Shown piece after piece: positions 1 through 9,325 of a stretch of 33,651 nt of DNA (within the stretch, counting starts at the first letter, position 1; each line of letters opens with the position of its first letter). The stretch spans positions 1 through 33,651 of the forward strand of contig CANREI010000003.1 in NCBI GenBank assembly GCA_947629595.1, in the 5' to 3' direction. The position numbers and the translations under genes were made by a program. Under the pieces are notes generated by a model. The model had not been told where the DNA came from. It ran no database searches and saw only the letters and a list, made by a program, of their open reading frames with translations. The DNA is from an uncultured Alphaproteobacteria bacterium (GTDB lineage: Bacteria > Pseudomonadota > Alphaproteobacteria > CAAHEQ01 > UBA3637).

Positions 1-42
1 GAACCCTCTTCTCGGGTTCTTATCCCCTCCCCTCCGCTCATT

Positions 43-71
43 AAAAAAACCACCTCTTCGGTGGTTTTTTT
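43..71 (-). terminator. Rho-independent terminator downstream of tRNA-Gly
   Basis: aaaaaaaccacc-tcttc-ggtggttttttt inverted repeat with A/T tails, directly abutting the tRNA CCA end. Confidence 0.8.
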
Positions 72-145
72 GGAGCGGGTGAAGGGATTCGAACCCTCGA
101 CATCAACCTTGGCAAGGTTGCGCTCTACCCCTGAGCTACGCCCGC
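71..145 (-). tRNA. tRNA-Gly (GCC)
   Basis: Reverse complement GCGGGCGTAGCTCAGGGGTAGAGCGCAACCTTGCCAAGGTTGATGTCGAGGGTTCGAATCCCTTCACCCGCTCCA: cloverleaf, anticodon arm CAACC-TTGCCAA-GGTTG, T-loop TTCGAAT, encoded CCA. Confidence 0.98.
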
Positions 146-160
146 ATTCAATATTTTTCT

Positions 161-188
161 TTTATACCACTTTTTCCCCATTTTGCAA
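161..188 (-). promoter_or_regulatory. Putative sigma70 promoter of tRNA-Gly
   Basis: Minus strand TTGCAA-16 bp-TATAAA with TGG extended -10, just upstream of the tRNA 5' end. Confidence 0.55.
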
Positions 189-274
189 GAAAAATTTTCA
201 TTTTATTTTATTTTTTTTATAAATAATTGAAATATATTATATTTTTTTATTCACTTTTTACCGGAAATTTTAAA

Positions 275-1537
275 TTACAATGTTGGCGGAACCACTTCCA
301 CGCCTAAAATGCGATTCCTTTCTTTCTCCGTAACCGTAAAAGAATAACCGTTCAGCACAAAAGTTTCCCCGACTTGCGGAATTTTTTCGGTTTCATACAT
401 TAAATAACCGGCAATGGTTGCCGCATGCTCATCGGACAGATTCCATTTGAAATGGCGGTTAATATCACGAATGGTTGCTGCCCCTTCCAACAAATAACCG
501 CCGGCATCTGTTTTTTTCACCTGCAAAATCGATTCTTCCGGCCGATCATTTTCATCGGAAATATCGCCGACAATTTCTTCCAACACGTCTTCCAACGTGA
601 CAACGCCTTCAATACTGCCGTATTCATCAACCACCAATGCAAAATGTTCCCGCCGTTTTTTAAACGCATGCAACTGATCCAATAACGAGGTGGTATTCAA
701 CACAAACCACGGCTTTGTAATATAATCGGCTATATGAATGTTTTTTTTGCCGTGATAATATAAATTCATCACTTTCAACAAGGCCTTTGCATGCAAAATG
801 CCGATAATATTATCCGGCGTTCCTTTCCACAACGGCAATCGACTGTACGGCGACCGACTGACAAAATCAAAAATTTCCGCTAATCCGGCAGTAATGTTTA
901 ACGACACCAACTGACTGCGATGCACCATAATATCTTCCACCGTTACTTCGCCCAAATCAAGCACGCTTTTGAGCATACCTTTTTCCTGACTCATCACGGC
1001 ATCATCCGTGGGCATCAGTAATGCGCCGCGAATTTCGGCTTTCACCTCTTCCGCCGTTGTTTGACTATTCTCTTTTGCCGGAAACAGGCGCATTAACATT
1101 TTTGAAATCCAATTTAAAGCTTTGACAAACGGCGAAAAGCACACCGTCATCACCGATAAAATCGGTGCTACCTTTAACGTAAAACTCGTGGCATTGTTAA
1201 TGGCGTATGTTTTCGGCAAAATTTCGGAAAAAACAAGCACGACGAAACTCACGCCGAACGTGGCAATCAACACGCCGTATTTATCGCCGAACAATTCAAT
1301 TAACAAGCCGGTTGCCAAAGCGGTAATGGCAATATTAACAATATTATTGCCGAATAACAACGTTCCCAACAAGCAAGATGAATCCTGCTTTAACTGATTG
1401 ACTTTTTTAGCGCGCGCATTTCCGTTTTTTTCCAACTCGCACAATAAGGGGCGTGAAACCGCCGTCATAGCCGTTTCCGTTCCCGAAAAGAAAAAGGATA
1501 ACATCAATAAAATAAGTAACAAGCCGTATTCAATCAT
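275..1537 (-). CDS. HlyC/CorC (CNNM/DUF21 + 2 CBS + CorC_HlyC) family transporter
   Basis: SFFFSGTETAM N-terminus, SEILPK, SRLP, HFALVVDEYG...VTLEDVLEEIVGDISDE, TIAG motifs. Confidence 0.93.
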   Translation of the reverse strand: MIEYGLLLILLMLSFFFSGTETAMTAVSRPLLCELEKNGNARAKKVNQLKQDSSCLLGTLLFGNNIVNIAITALATGLLIELFGDKYGVLIATFGVSFVVLVFSEILPKTYAINNATSFTLKVAPILSVMTVCFSPFVKALNWISKMLMRLFPAKENSQTTAEEVKAEIRGALLMPTDDAVMSQEKGMLKSVLDLGEVTVEDIMVHRSQLVSLNITAGLAEIFDFVSRSPYSRLPLWKGTPDNIIGILHAKALLKVMNLYYHGKKNIHIADYITKPWFVLNTTSLLDQLHAFKKRREHFALVVDEYGSIEGVVTLEDVLEEIVGDISDENDRPEESILQVKKTDAGGYLLEGAATIRDINRHFKWNLSDEHAATIAGYLMYETEKIPQVGETFVLNGYSFTVTEKERNRILGVEVVPPTL

Positions 1538-2223
1538 TTTTTCTCATCCGTTGATTTAGAAGTGTTTAAATTTGATTCGAAACGATGCCGATATCGATGA
1601 AAAAAACGCCGCTTTATTTTTGTTTGCTTATAGCGAAACGATTTTTTAAACTCCGATTTTTGTTCCGATTCGTCATCAAAAACAACCGTAACCAATCCGC
1701 GCTTTTCCAATTCGTTCAGCAATCTGCCGACGGTTCTGTACGGCGATTCGCGAAACGATTCAATCATTAAATCGGCTTTTTCATAATACGGATATCGCTC
1801 GGCAATTAACTGTTCAACCACTTTTTTGTTATCGGCAGCCGGAACAAGCGGCCGATGCGTACGCCCCTGCGTGCGCCGACTGATCACTTCACTGCCGGCT
1901 TTCAGCCAAACGGATACCGCTTTTTCTTTGGCAAGCGCCCGTGTTTTTTCCGACAAAAACGCATCGCCGCCCGAAGATAACACGCAAGGCGCCCCGTTTA
2001 ACAGCCGATTCATCACGCGTTCTTCGCCCAATCGAAACTCATCAATTCCGAACTTGGCAAACAACTCATTGATTGAAAAACCGGTGCTTTTTTCAATTTC
2101 TTTATCACTGTCCACAAACGGCAATTGCAGTTTGCGCGATAAGATTCGTCCTAAACTTGTCTTACCGACACCCATCATACCGACAAGTAAAATAATTTTG
2201 GGTTGTAATAATTTTCGTTTCAT
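1534..2223 (-). CDS. aroK: Shikimate kinase with basic C-terminal extension
   Basis: LVGMMGVGKTSLGR Walker A, DSDKEIE, FRLGE, SSGG, RPL, RYPYY motifs. Confidence 0.92.
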   Translation of the reverse strand: MKRKLLQPKIILLVGMMGVGKTSLGRILSRKLQLPFVDSDKEIEKSTGFSINELFAKFGIDEFRLGEERVMNRLLNGAPCVLSSGGDAFLSEKTRALAKEKAVSVWLKAGSEVISRRTQGRTHRPLVPAADNKKVVEQLIAERYPYYEKADLMIESFRESPYRTVGRLLNELEKRGLVTVVFDDESEQKSEFKKSFRYKQTKIKRRFFHRYRHRFESNLNTSKSTDEKK

Positions 2224-2226
2224 TTC

Positions 2227-2256
2227 TTGACAATTCCGGTTAAATTATTGTATAGT
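2227..2256 (+). promoter_or_regulatory. Putative sigma70 promoter for the small ORF-xerD-lptF/D operon
   Basis: TTGACA-18 bp-TATAGT. Confidence 0.55.
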
Positions 2257-2265
2257 GTTATTCAC

Positions 2266-2294
2266 ATCATATCAATAAATATTTCATTTGTCTA
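2266..2294 (-). promoter_or_regulatory. Putative sigma70 promoter for aroK-corC
   Basis: Minus strand TAGACA-17 bp-TATGAT with TGn extended -10. Confidence 0.5.
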
Positions 2295-2309
2295 GTGAGG
2301 GATGAAAAA

Positions 2310-2459
2310 ATGTTTAATAAATCCGAAAAAAAATATTATTTGGCTAAAATTTTAGCCGTTTTGGTCGTGGCCGCATTCGTTGCTTTGGCGTTTGTGAACC
2401 CCAAACCCGCCGTTCAGCATATTGAAAAACCTTATACAAATATAACGCATGCCCAATAA
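2310..2459 (+). CDS. Small single-pass membrane protein (49 aa), not in ORF track
   Basis: MFNKSEKKYYLAKILAVLVVAAFVALAFVNPKPAVQHIEKPYTNITHAQ; GAGGG RBS upstream; one TM helix; overlaps the start of the next gene. Confidence 0.75.
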   Translation: MFNKSEKKYYLAKILAVLVVAAFVALAFVNPKPAVQHIEKPYTNITHAQ

Positions 2460-3969
2460 TTTTTTTCAATTTTTAATGCTGATTATCGGCTTTTTCAGCC
2501 TGCTTCCCGCATGGGCGCAAGATTTTAAATCGGAAGTGGCCGTTGAATCGCTGCCCGAGTTATCGGCCAACGTTTTAGGCACGATTCCAACAAAAAATCC
2601 GCGCTTGTGGTCCGGCACACCGGCAGATAAGCTGTTGGAAACACTTGAAAAAACAGGAAAAGCAAATTTATCGCCCGCTGCACGCGCGCTGGTGACTTAT
2701 TTATTGCAATTAGACATAACGGGCGCCGGTTTTAACGATTCTCAAAATATTTTGCAATCGGATCAGTTTTTCGTTGCCCGATTAAAAACACTCGAACGCC
2801 AAGGTGAATGGGATATTGTTTTAAACCTGATTGAAAAAGTGCCCGAAACGGAAATAACAAACGAAATAAAGCAAATAAAAGCAACGGTTTTGTTAATGAA
2901 AGGGCTTGTGAAAGAAGCGTGTCAATTACAGGAAGAATTAGCCGAAACAAAAAATGAAAACGGAGAAGCCGTTTCAAATATTGAGGCCGATAAAATGCTG
3001 ATCAGCTGTTTTTTGGCAAAAGAGGAAAAAGACAAGGCCGTTTTGGCGTATGATGTGTTTCAAGACGCGCACCCCGATGCCGATTCGGATTTTACGGCAC
3101 TGGCCGATATGACGTTACGGGAACTACCGGTCGAATTGCCCGAAAATCTTGTTTTATCACCGAGTAATGTTTATTTGTATGCGTCGGTTAAAAATCCGAC
3201 ATTGAATATTGCCCTGCAAACACGGGAAGTGAAAAAAATATTGTCGGATTTACCCGCAACCGATATTATTTTACGCATTCGTCTCGGGGAACAAATCGGA
3301 TTGGATTTGACTGAATTACAACGACTTTATCGCTTGCCGCTCCTCAATTTACCGACGGATAATGCCGTTGCCCAAAGAGTGCAAACTTATCAACAAATTC
3401 AAGCCGAAACCGATGCATCGAAAAAAGCAGCCCTTATTTCAAAATGGCTGAACCTTATTCAAAAAGACAACTTGTTTGTGCCGCTGGCGCCCCTGATTGC
3501 CGAAACATTTCACCAACTGGAAGCCGATGAAAAATATATTGACTTGGCGTTATATGCCGTTCAAGCGTTTGCCTTAACAAAAAATCCGGCAGCGGCAGAA
3601 CCGTGGTTTGAGTTATTGGAAGATAACGATCTGTATCAGCAACATTACTTAACGGCCTCTTTATTACTGCAAACCCTCGGCAGCGGCCCGCGGGATTTTC
3701 AAGAACGGCTCGATTATTATTGCTCCTATGCCAAACCGATTGACTGCGCGCGTTTAAAAAGATTTCTGCCCGAAGAAAACGACGATGAAATTTCTTCTTC
3801 CGAAAAAGAAAAAACGAACCTCACAACACAACTCGGCGAATCGCTTTTGAATGCCGTTTTAAATATTGCCGACGGAAAAGACGTCAAAGACTCTTACACT
3901 TTTATTCAAAAAGCGGCGCGACCCGTCCAAGGTCGTGCCTTATTAAGAGAGGGGATTATTTCACAATGA
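2449..3969 (+). CDS. Secreted alpha-helical hypothetical protein of the type found upstream of xerD in Alphaproteobacteria
   Basis: 506-aa ORF, signal peptide (LLPAWA/QD), RLWSGT motif, ATGA overlap with xerD. Confidence 0.75.
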   Translation: MPNNFFQFLMLIIGFFSLLPAWAQDFKSEVAVESLPELSANVLGTIPTKNPRLWSGTPADKLLETLEKTGKANLSPAARALVTYLLQLDITGAGFNDSQNILQSDQFFVARLKTLERQGEWDIVLNLIEKVPETEITNEIKQIKATVLLMKGLVKEACQLQEELAETKNENGEAVSNIEADKMLISCFLAKEEKDKAVLAYDVFQDAHPDADSDFTALADMTLRELPVELPENLVLSPSNVYLYASVKNPTLNIALQTREVKKILSDLPATDIILRIRLGEQIGLDLTELQRLYRLPLLNLPTDNAVAQRVQTYQQIQAETDASKKAALISKWLNLIQKDNLFVPLAPLIAETFHQLEADEKYIDLALYAVQAFALTKNPAAAEPWFELLEDNDLYQQHYLTASLLLQTLGSGPRDFQERLDYYCSYAKPIDCARLKRFLPEENDDEISSSEKEKTNLTTQLGESLLNAVLNIADGKDVKDSYTFIQKAARPVQGRALLREGIISQ

Positions 3970-4871
3970 AGCAGGCGCAAATCGAGGCTTTTTTGGAAAT
4001 GATGATTGCCGAACGCGGCGCATCACCCCGCACCATTGCTTCTTATCGGCATGATTTGGAAGATTTAAACGCGTTTTTATCGGCGCGTCACATTCAGGCA
4101 ACAAAAGCCGAACAGATTGATTTACAAACATATATGCGCTCTTTAACCAAGCAAGGATTAAGCCCGAAAACGTGTACACGACGGCTGTCGGCCATTCACG
4201 AATTTTATCGGTTTTTATTTTCGGAAAATATCATTAAAAAAAATCCCGCCGATTATTTGGAGGCACCGAAAACAGGGAAATCTCTGCCGAAATATTTAAC
4301 GGAACGGGAAGTTGCAACACTTATTCAAACGGCTGCACAAAAAAACACGCGTATGCGGGCTTTATTGGAAATTTTATATGCCTCCGGTATGCGCGTGAGT
4401 GAATTGGTTTCGCTGTCCGTGCAAGCCGTCACGAAAGATAATCGTACCGTTTCGGTTGTCGGAAAAGGCAATAAGGAGCGCCTTGTCCCTTTAAACGAAG
4501 CAGCGCGGTTGGCGCTCAATGATTGGTTAACGGAACGGGAGCTGACTTTAAAAAAAGGGCGCTATTCCAAATGGCTGTTTCCGTCAAGCGGCGCATCGGG
4601 CCATTTAACCCGAGACGGTTTTTTTAAAGCCTTAAAAGAAATTGCTTTAACCGCCGGTATTATGCCCGATAAAGTTTCGCCGCATGTTTTTCGACATTCG
4701 TTCGCCAGTCATTTAATTGCGCATAACGCCGATTTGCGCACCGTTCAGCAAATGCTCGGGCATGCCAACATTGCCACAACGGAAATTTATACGCACATTT
4801 TGCAGGACCGATTAAAAAACACGGTTGAAAAATCACATCCTTTGGCGTATAGTAGAAAAAAGGATTTATAA
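3966..4871 (+). CDS. xerD: Site-specific tyrosine recombinase XerD
   Basis: AERGASPRTIASY, LYASGMRVSEL, GKGNKERLVP, SPHVFRHSFASHL, DLRTVQQMLGH, TTEIYTH. Confidence 0.93.
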   Translation: MKQAQIEAFLEMMIAERGASPRTIASYRHDLEDLNAFLSARHIQATKAEQIDLQTYMRSLTKQGLSPKTCTRRLSAIHEFYRFLFSENIIKKNPADYLEAPKTGKSLPKYLTEREVATLIQTAAQKNTRMRALLEILYASGMRVSELVSLSVQAVTKDNRTVSVVGKGNKERLVPLNEAARLALNDWLTERELTLKKGRYSKWLFPSSGASGHLTRDGFFKALKEIALTAGIMPDKVSPHVFRHSFASHLIAHNADLRTVQQMLGHANIATTEIYTHILQDRLKNTVEKSHPLAYSRKKDL

Positions 4872-7800
4872 ATGAAAATTTTGAACAGATACATTTTAAA
4901 ACAACTGATTGTTGCTTTCTTGTTGATTTTACTGGGATTAACAACGCTTGTTTGGTTAACTCAATCCCTGCGTATGATTGATATGATTGTAACCCAAGGC
5001 GTTTCGGTGCGTATTTTTATTCAAATGACTTTATTGGTTTTGCCGAATTTTTTACAAATTCTGTCACCGCTGACGTTGTTTGCCGTTATTTTATTTATTT
5101 TCTCCCGCATGCAGAGCGATAAAGAAATTACGGTTATGCAGGCCATCGGTATGTCCAACGGGCAAATTACCCGACCGGTTCTTTTACTGGCCCTGCTCTT
5201 AACGGTTTTCGGTTATATCATGACGCTGGATTTAATTCCGGCTTCCTATGCCAAACTGAATAAACTGCGTTGGCAGGTTCGGAACGATTTATCGCATCTT
5301 CTTTTACAGGAGGGGCAATTTAATTCGTTCAAAAACGGCTTAACGCTTTACATTCGCGAACGCTTATCCGACGGAACGGTTCGCGGCGTGATGGCGTATG
5401 ATGCAAAAGATCCGGAAAAAATTGCCGTGTTGGTTGCCGAAAACGGTTTGATTTTTCAGGAAGATGACGGTTTTCAACTGATTTTTCATAAAGGAACGCG
5501 TCAAGAATATAATCCGAGCACACAGAATTTTTCCATTTTAAAATTTGATAAATATACCATGTTTTTTAATGATAAAACCAATGCGGACAGTGCCAAAAAT
5601 TCAAGTGCTTCCGAATATTCTTTATCTTATTTGGCGGCGGCAACACCCGAAAGCGCACCGACACCTGCCATGTATCGCAAATATAAAGTAGAAATCATTA
5701 AACGATTGACAAAACCTTTATATAACTTAACGTTTGCCTTTTTGGCATTGTTCGGTGTGTTGGCTCCGTTTTATAATCGGCGCGGACAAATCGGACGCAT
5801 TTATTTCGTGATTTTTTGCACTTTATTGGTACAATCCGCCAACTTGGGATTGGAAAATCTGGCAACCAAAAATCTTGTTTTTTCACCTTTGTTGTTTATC
5901 AATATTTTTCTGCCCGTTATTTTGGTGTGGTTCTTTTCGAAACAACGTTCATTTAAATTTTTCCGTTTTAAAAAAGCCGTCGTTATTGCCGGATTAACCG
6001 GTGCCGTTCTCGGCAGTGCCGTGCCGGCAGAAGCACAAATTAAAATTGATCCGCAAATTAAAATTGAAAAAGATCAACCGATTGATTTTGAAGCCGATAC
6101 GTTTTCATACGATGAAAAAAACGATATCGTAACGGCTTCGGGCGATGTTATCGTTTCGCAAAACGGCACAACCGTTAAAACCGATACATTTTCTTTTTAT
6201 CGACAAAAAAACGTGGTGGTCATGCCGAATAAAGTGCGTATTTACACCAAAGACGGTACCGTAACCGATGCCGAAAACGTTTCTTTTTCCGCCGATATGA
6301 ATGATGTGTTGGGTGAGGCGGTTTTTATGCGTTTATACGAAGGATCGCTGTTAACGGCAAATCGGTTGAAACGCAAAAATGAAGGACAGGCCCTTTATTT
6401 AAAAAAAGCCGCCTACACCCCTTGCACAACCTGTGACGGCGATTCGCCTTTATGGCAAATTACCGCGCGCAATTTCAAACATGACGTTCCCGAAAAAGAA
6501 ATGATTTTTACGCACTCCTTTTTGGAGGTGAAAGACATTCCCGTTTTTTATGTGCCGTATTTAAATATTCCCGATTTTACGGTGAAACGGAAAACCGGCT
6601 TATTGGCGCCCAGCTTTTCACACGGCTCCGAAATGAAACAAGGGGTCAATCTGCCGTTTTTCGTGAATATTGCCGATAATCAAAACTTAATTTTACAACC
6701 AACCTTTGCCATCGATCATGATCCGTTGGGGGTGTTTGATTATTCGGCACTGTTTTCCCATGCCCAAGTGAATTTACAAGGCAGCGGCACACGCGATAAT
6801 GACGGCACAAATCAAGGGCATATTAAAGCCGATATGCGCTATGATTTGAACGATAATTGGCGATTCAGCGGACAATATTATCGCGCTTCAAGCGATACCT
6901 ATTTCCGGCGTTACCGTTTGCCGAATGTTAATACTTCACAGGCCTTTTTACGGTCATTCATCACCACCGAACGATTTGGCGAACAAAATTACTTTAACCT
7001 GACAGGGCTTTCTTTTCAAAGTCTTTATCGAAACGCCGATCCCAAAGCTTTGCCCGTATTGATTCCCATCTTGAATTATTCCTTGCAAACCGATCCGCTC
7101 ACGGATAACGGCTTATATGCTTTTTCGGATATTAACGGCGCCATGTATAACAACCGTTTACGGTTTAAGTCGGATCGCATTTCCTTAAATCAAGGTATTG
7201 CATTGCCCGTTGTAACAAACTGGGGTGCCAATGTTGATTTAAAAGCACAAGTGCGCGGCGATGCCTATCATGTCGATACGGGAAAAAACAGCTTTGATCA
7301 TCGCCCCAAAGACGATACGTATTCTGCCGGACGCCTGTTCCCGATTGCCTCGGCAAAAATCAGTTATCCGTTTATCAATGCCGGCACGCAAACAACGCAG
7401 GTTTTGGAGCCGATTATTATGTTAATTACGTCACCCGTCAGCGGCAATTCTTCCAAAATTCCCAACATTGACAGTACCGATGTTGATTTCGATGATACAA
7501 ATTTATTTACCGAGAACCGATTCGTCGGCTATGATCGCGTGGAAAACGGATCGCGCGCCAATTACGGCGTTCAGTGGTCTTTATATGACTATAAAAATCG
7601 CTCTTTATCCGCTTTATTCGGACAATCCTATCGTTTTTCGGGGGATGACGAATATGATCATATTGTCGGGTTAAAATCAAACTTTTCCGATTATGTCGGA
7701 CGCATGAAAATTGATTACAAAAATCTGTCTCTTGCCTATCGCTTTCGGTTAGATGAAAATACTTGGGAAGCCAAAAAGAATGAAATTTCCTTATCCGGCC

Positions 7801-8123
7801 GCGGCGGCCCCTTGCGTTTAGGGATGAGTTATACCCAACTGAAAGCGGTACGACTTGCCAATACTTTTTACAACGAAAGGGAAGAAATTTTGTTTTACGG
7901 CGCTTCAAAACTCACGCAAAAGTGGAATTTATCCGGCTTTTATCGATATAATTTGGCCAAAAACGATAAAGGACCCACGGAATACGGCGTTGTTTTACAA
8001 TATGATAACGATTGCACCGCTGTTGAGTTTGATTTAAATCGTTCTTTCACAAAAGATCGGGATTACGAAGGGGACACCTCCTTTGTCGTGAAATTTATTT
8101 TAAAAACATTGGGACAAATGTAA
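4872..8123 (+). CDS. Fused LPS export permease LptF (YjgP/Q family, aa ~1-355) and LPS assembly outer-membrane barrel LptD (aa ~389-1083)
   Basis: N-half: ILNRYILKQL, WLTQSLR, DKEITVMQAIGMS, EGQFN, six TM helices. C-half: FEADTFSYD, YTPCTTC, PLWQI, KRKTGLLAPS, NRFVGYDRVENG, YDNDC. No stop codon between the halves. Confidence 0.9.
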   Translation: MKILNRYILKQLIVAFLLILLGLTTLVWLTQSLRMIDMIVTQGVSVRIFIQMTLLVLPNFLQILSPLTLFAVILFIFSRMQSDKEITVMQAIGMSNGQITRPVLLLALLLTVFGYIMTLDLIPASYAKLNKLRWQVRNDLSHLLLQEGQFNSFKNGLTLYIRERLSDGTVRGVMAYDAKDPEKIAVLVAENGLIFQEDDGFQLIFHKGTRQEYNPSTQNFSILKFDKYTMFFNDKTNADSAKNSSASEYSLSYLAAATPESAPTPAMYRKYKVEIIKRLTKPLYNLTFAFLALFGVLAPFYNRRGQIGRIYFVIFCTLLVQSANLGLENLATKNLVFSPLLFINIFLPVILVWFFSKQRSFKFFRFKKAVVIAGLTGAVLGSAVPAEAQIKIDPQIKIEKDQPIDFEADTFSYDEKNDIVTASGDVIVSQNGTTVKTDTFSFYRQKNVVVMPNKVRIYTKDGTVTDAENVSFSADMNDVLGEAVFMRLYEGSLLTANRLKRKNEGQALYLKKAAYTPCTTCDGDSPLWQITARNFKHDVPEKEMIFTHSFLEVKDIPVFYVPYLNIPDFTVKRKTGLLAPSFSHGSEMKQGVNLPFFVNIADNQNLILQPTFAIDHDPLGVFDYSALFSHAQVNLQGSGTRDNDGTNQGHIKADMRYDLNDNWRFSGQYYRASSDTYFRRYRLPNVNTSQAFLRSFITTERFGEQNYFNLTGLSFQSLYRNADPKALPVLIPILNYSLQTDPLTDNGLYAFSDINGAMYNNRLRFKSDRISLNQGIALPVVTNWGANVDLKAQVRGDAYHVDTGKNSFDHRPKDDTYSAGRLFPIASAKISYPFINAGTQTTQVLEPIIMLITSPVSGNSSKIPNIDSTDVDFDDTNLFTENRFVGYDRVENGSRANYGVQWSLYDYKNRSLSALFGQSYRFSGDDEYDHIVGLKSNFSDYVGRMKIDYKNLSLAYRFRLDENTWEAKKNEISLSGRGGPLRLGMSYTQLKAVRLANTFYNEREEILFYGASKLTQKWNLSGFYRYNLAKNDKGPTEYGVVLQYDNDCTAVEFDLNRSFTKDRDYEGDTSFVVKFILKTLGQM

Positions 8124-8133
8124 AGGGGAAAAA

Positions 8134-9312
8134 ATGTTAAAATACGGATTGATTTTATTGATGTTATTATTCGGTTACACGGCACAAGCCGGGCAAATTG
8201 TGGCAACGGTGAATGATGAACCGATTTCCAGCTTTGATGTGGAAGCGCGCGCCAAACTTATTGCCGTTCAACGAGCGGAATATTTAAACAACAAACGAAA
8301 AGCACAATACATTAAAGAGGCGCTTGATTTAATCATTGATGAAAAAGTGAAAAACATTGAAGCCAAAAAATACGGCTTTACGGTCAGTGACGCCGATGTT
8401 GCCCAAGCTATCGCGCATCTTGAAAAGCAAAACAATTTAAAACCGGGTGAAATGAAAACAATGCTGGCCAAAAACGGTGTGCCGATTGAAGTGTTGCAAA
8501 ATCAGCTGAAAACCGATTTGTTGTGGTTACAGGTCATTCAAAAACAATATGATGCCGGTATGACGGCACTGCCGGCCGAAATTGAAAAGAAAAAACAGGA
8601 ATTACGGGCAAAACTGAGAGAAGAAGAATTTTATGTGTTTGAAATTCTCATTTCCGGCAAAAAAGAGGCCGAACAATGCTATAAAGAATTGCGCAGCGGC
8701 ACGCCTTTCGATCAAGTTGTTGCCAAATATTCCAAAGCGCCCACAAAAGATGTCGGCGGTGAAGTCGGTTGGATAAAACCCGGCCATTATTCCAAAGAAA
8801 TCACAGCTGTTTTACGGCAATTAAACATTGGTGATTTATCGGCACCGTTAAAAACCAAAAACGGTTATTTAATTTTGTTACTGCAAGAGAAAAAAACACC
8901 CCTTTATTCCGATTCCGTCACGTTATGGGAATTGGCACAAATGGCTATGCCGACAAAAGAGGCCGTTCAATTTGAAAAAGAATTAACCGCTTTAAACGGA
9001 TGTGAGTCGTTTTTAAATTTTGCCGATACGCACGCCATTAAAGAATCCGTTAAATCCGGATTGGTGGCCCCCGATCAATTACCGAACGAGCTGAAAGAAA
9101 TTTTATCCGAAGAACCCGTTAAAACAGCCATCGGCCCCGTTCGCACGCAAGATGCCGACGTATTTTTTATGAAATGTGCCATCCGAACAAAAAAAGTTTT
9201 GCCGGATGATGATATCATTAAAGCACAAATTGAAAATGACAAAATGGAAGCACTTTCCGATAAATTGTTAAGAAACGCCAAACGGTTTGTCGTGATTGAA
9301 CGGAAAAAATAA
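8134..9312 (+). CDS. surA: SurA-like periplasmic chaperone / PPIase
   Basis: Signal peptide, IVATVNDEPISSFDV, parvulin F..V.AKYS...GGEVGW motif; canonical position after lptD. Confidence 0.88.
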   Translation: MLKYGLILLMLLFGYTAQAGQIVATVNDEPISSFDVEARAKLIAVQRAEYLNNKRKAQYIKEALDLIIDEKVKNIEAKKYGFTVSDADVAQAIAHLEKQNNLKPGEMKTMLAKNGVPIEVLQNQLKTDLLWLQVIQKQYDAGMTALPAEIEKKKQELRAKLREEEFYVFEILISGKKEAEQCYKELRSGTPFDQVVAKYSKAPTKDVGGEVGWIKPGHYSKEITAVLRQLNIGDLSAPLKTKNGYLILLLQEKKTPLYSDSVTLWELAQMAMPTKEAVQFEKELTALNGCESFLNFADTHAIKESVKSGLVAPDQLPNELKEILSEEPVKTAIGPVRTQDADVFFMKCAIRTKKVLPDDDIIKAQIENDKMEALSDKLLRNAKRFVVIERKK

Positions 9313-9325
9313 AAAAAGAGGGCTT

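Noticed and set aside
3966-4871. Tyrosine recombinase near a tRNA and a T4SS as an ICE integrase
   Set aside because: It has XerD signatures, sits in a housekeeping operon, is 3.8 kb from the tRNA, and has no att repeat or relaxase nearby
9296-9325. folD TTG start overlapping surA
   Set aside because: ATG 9326/9341 downstream of GAGGG fits the typical FolD N-terminus better
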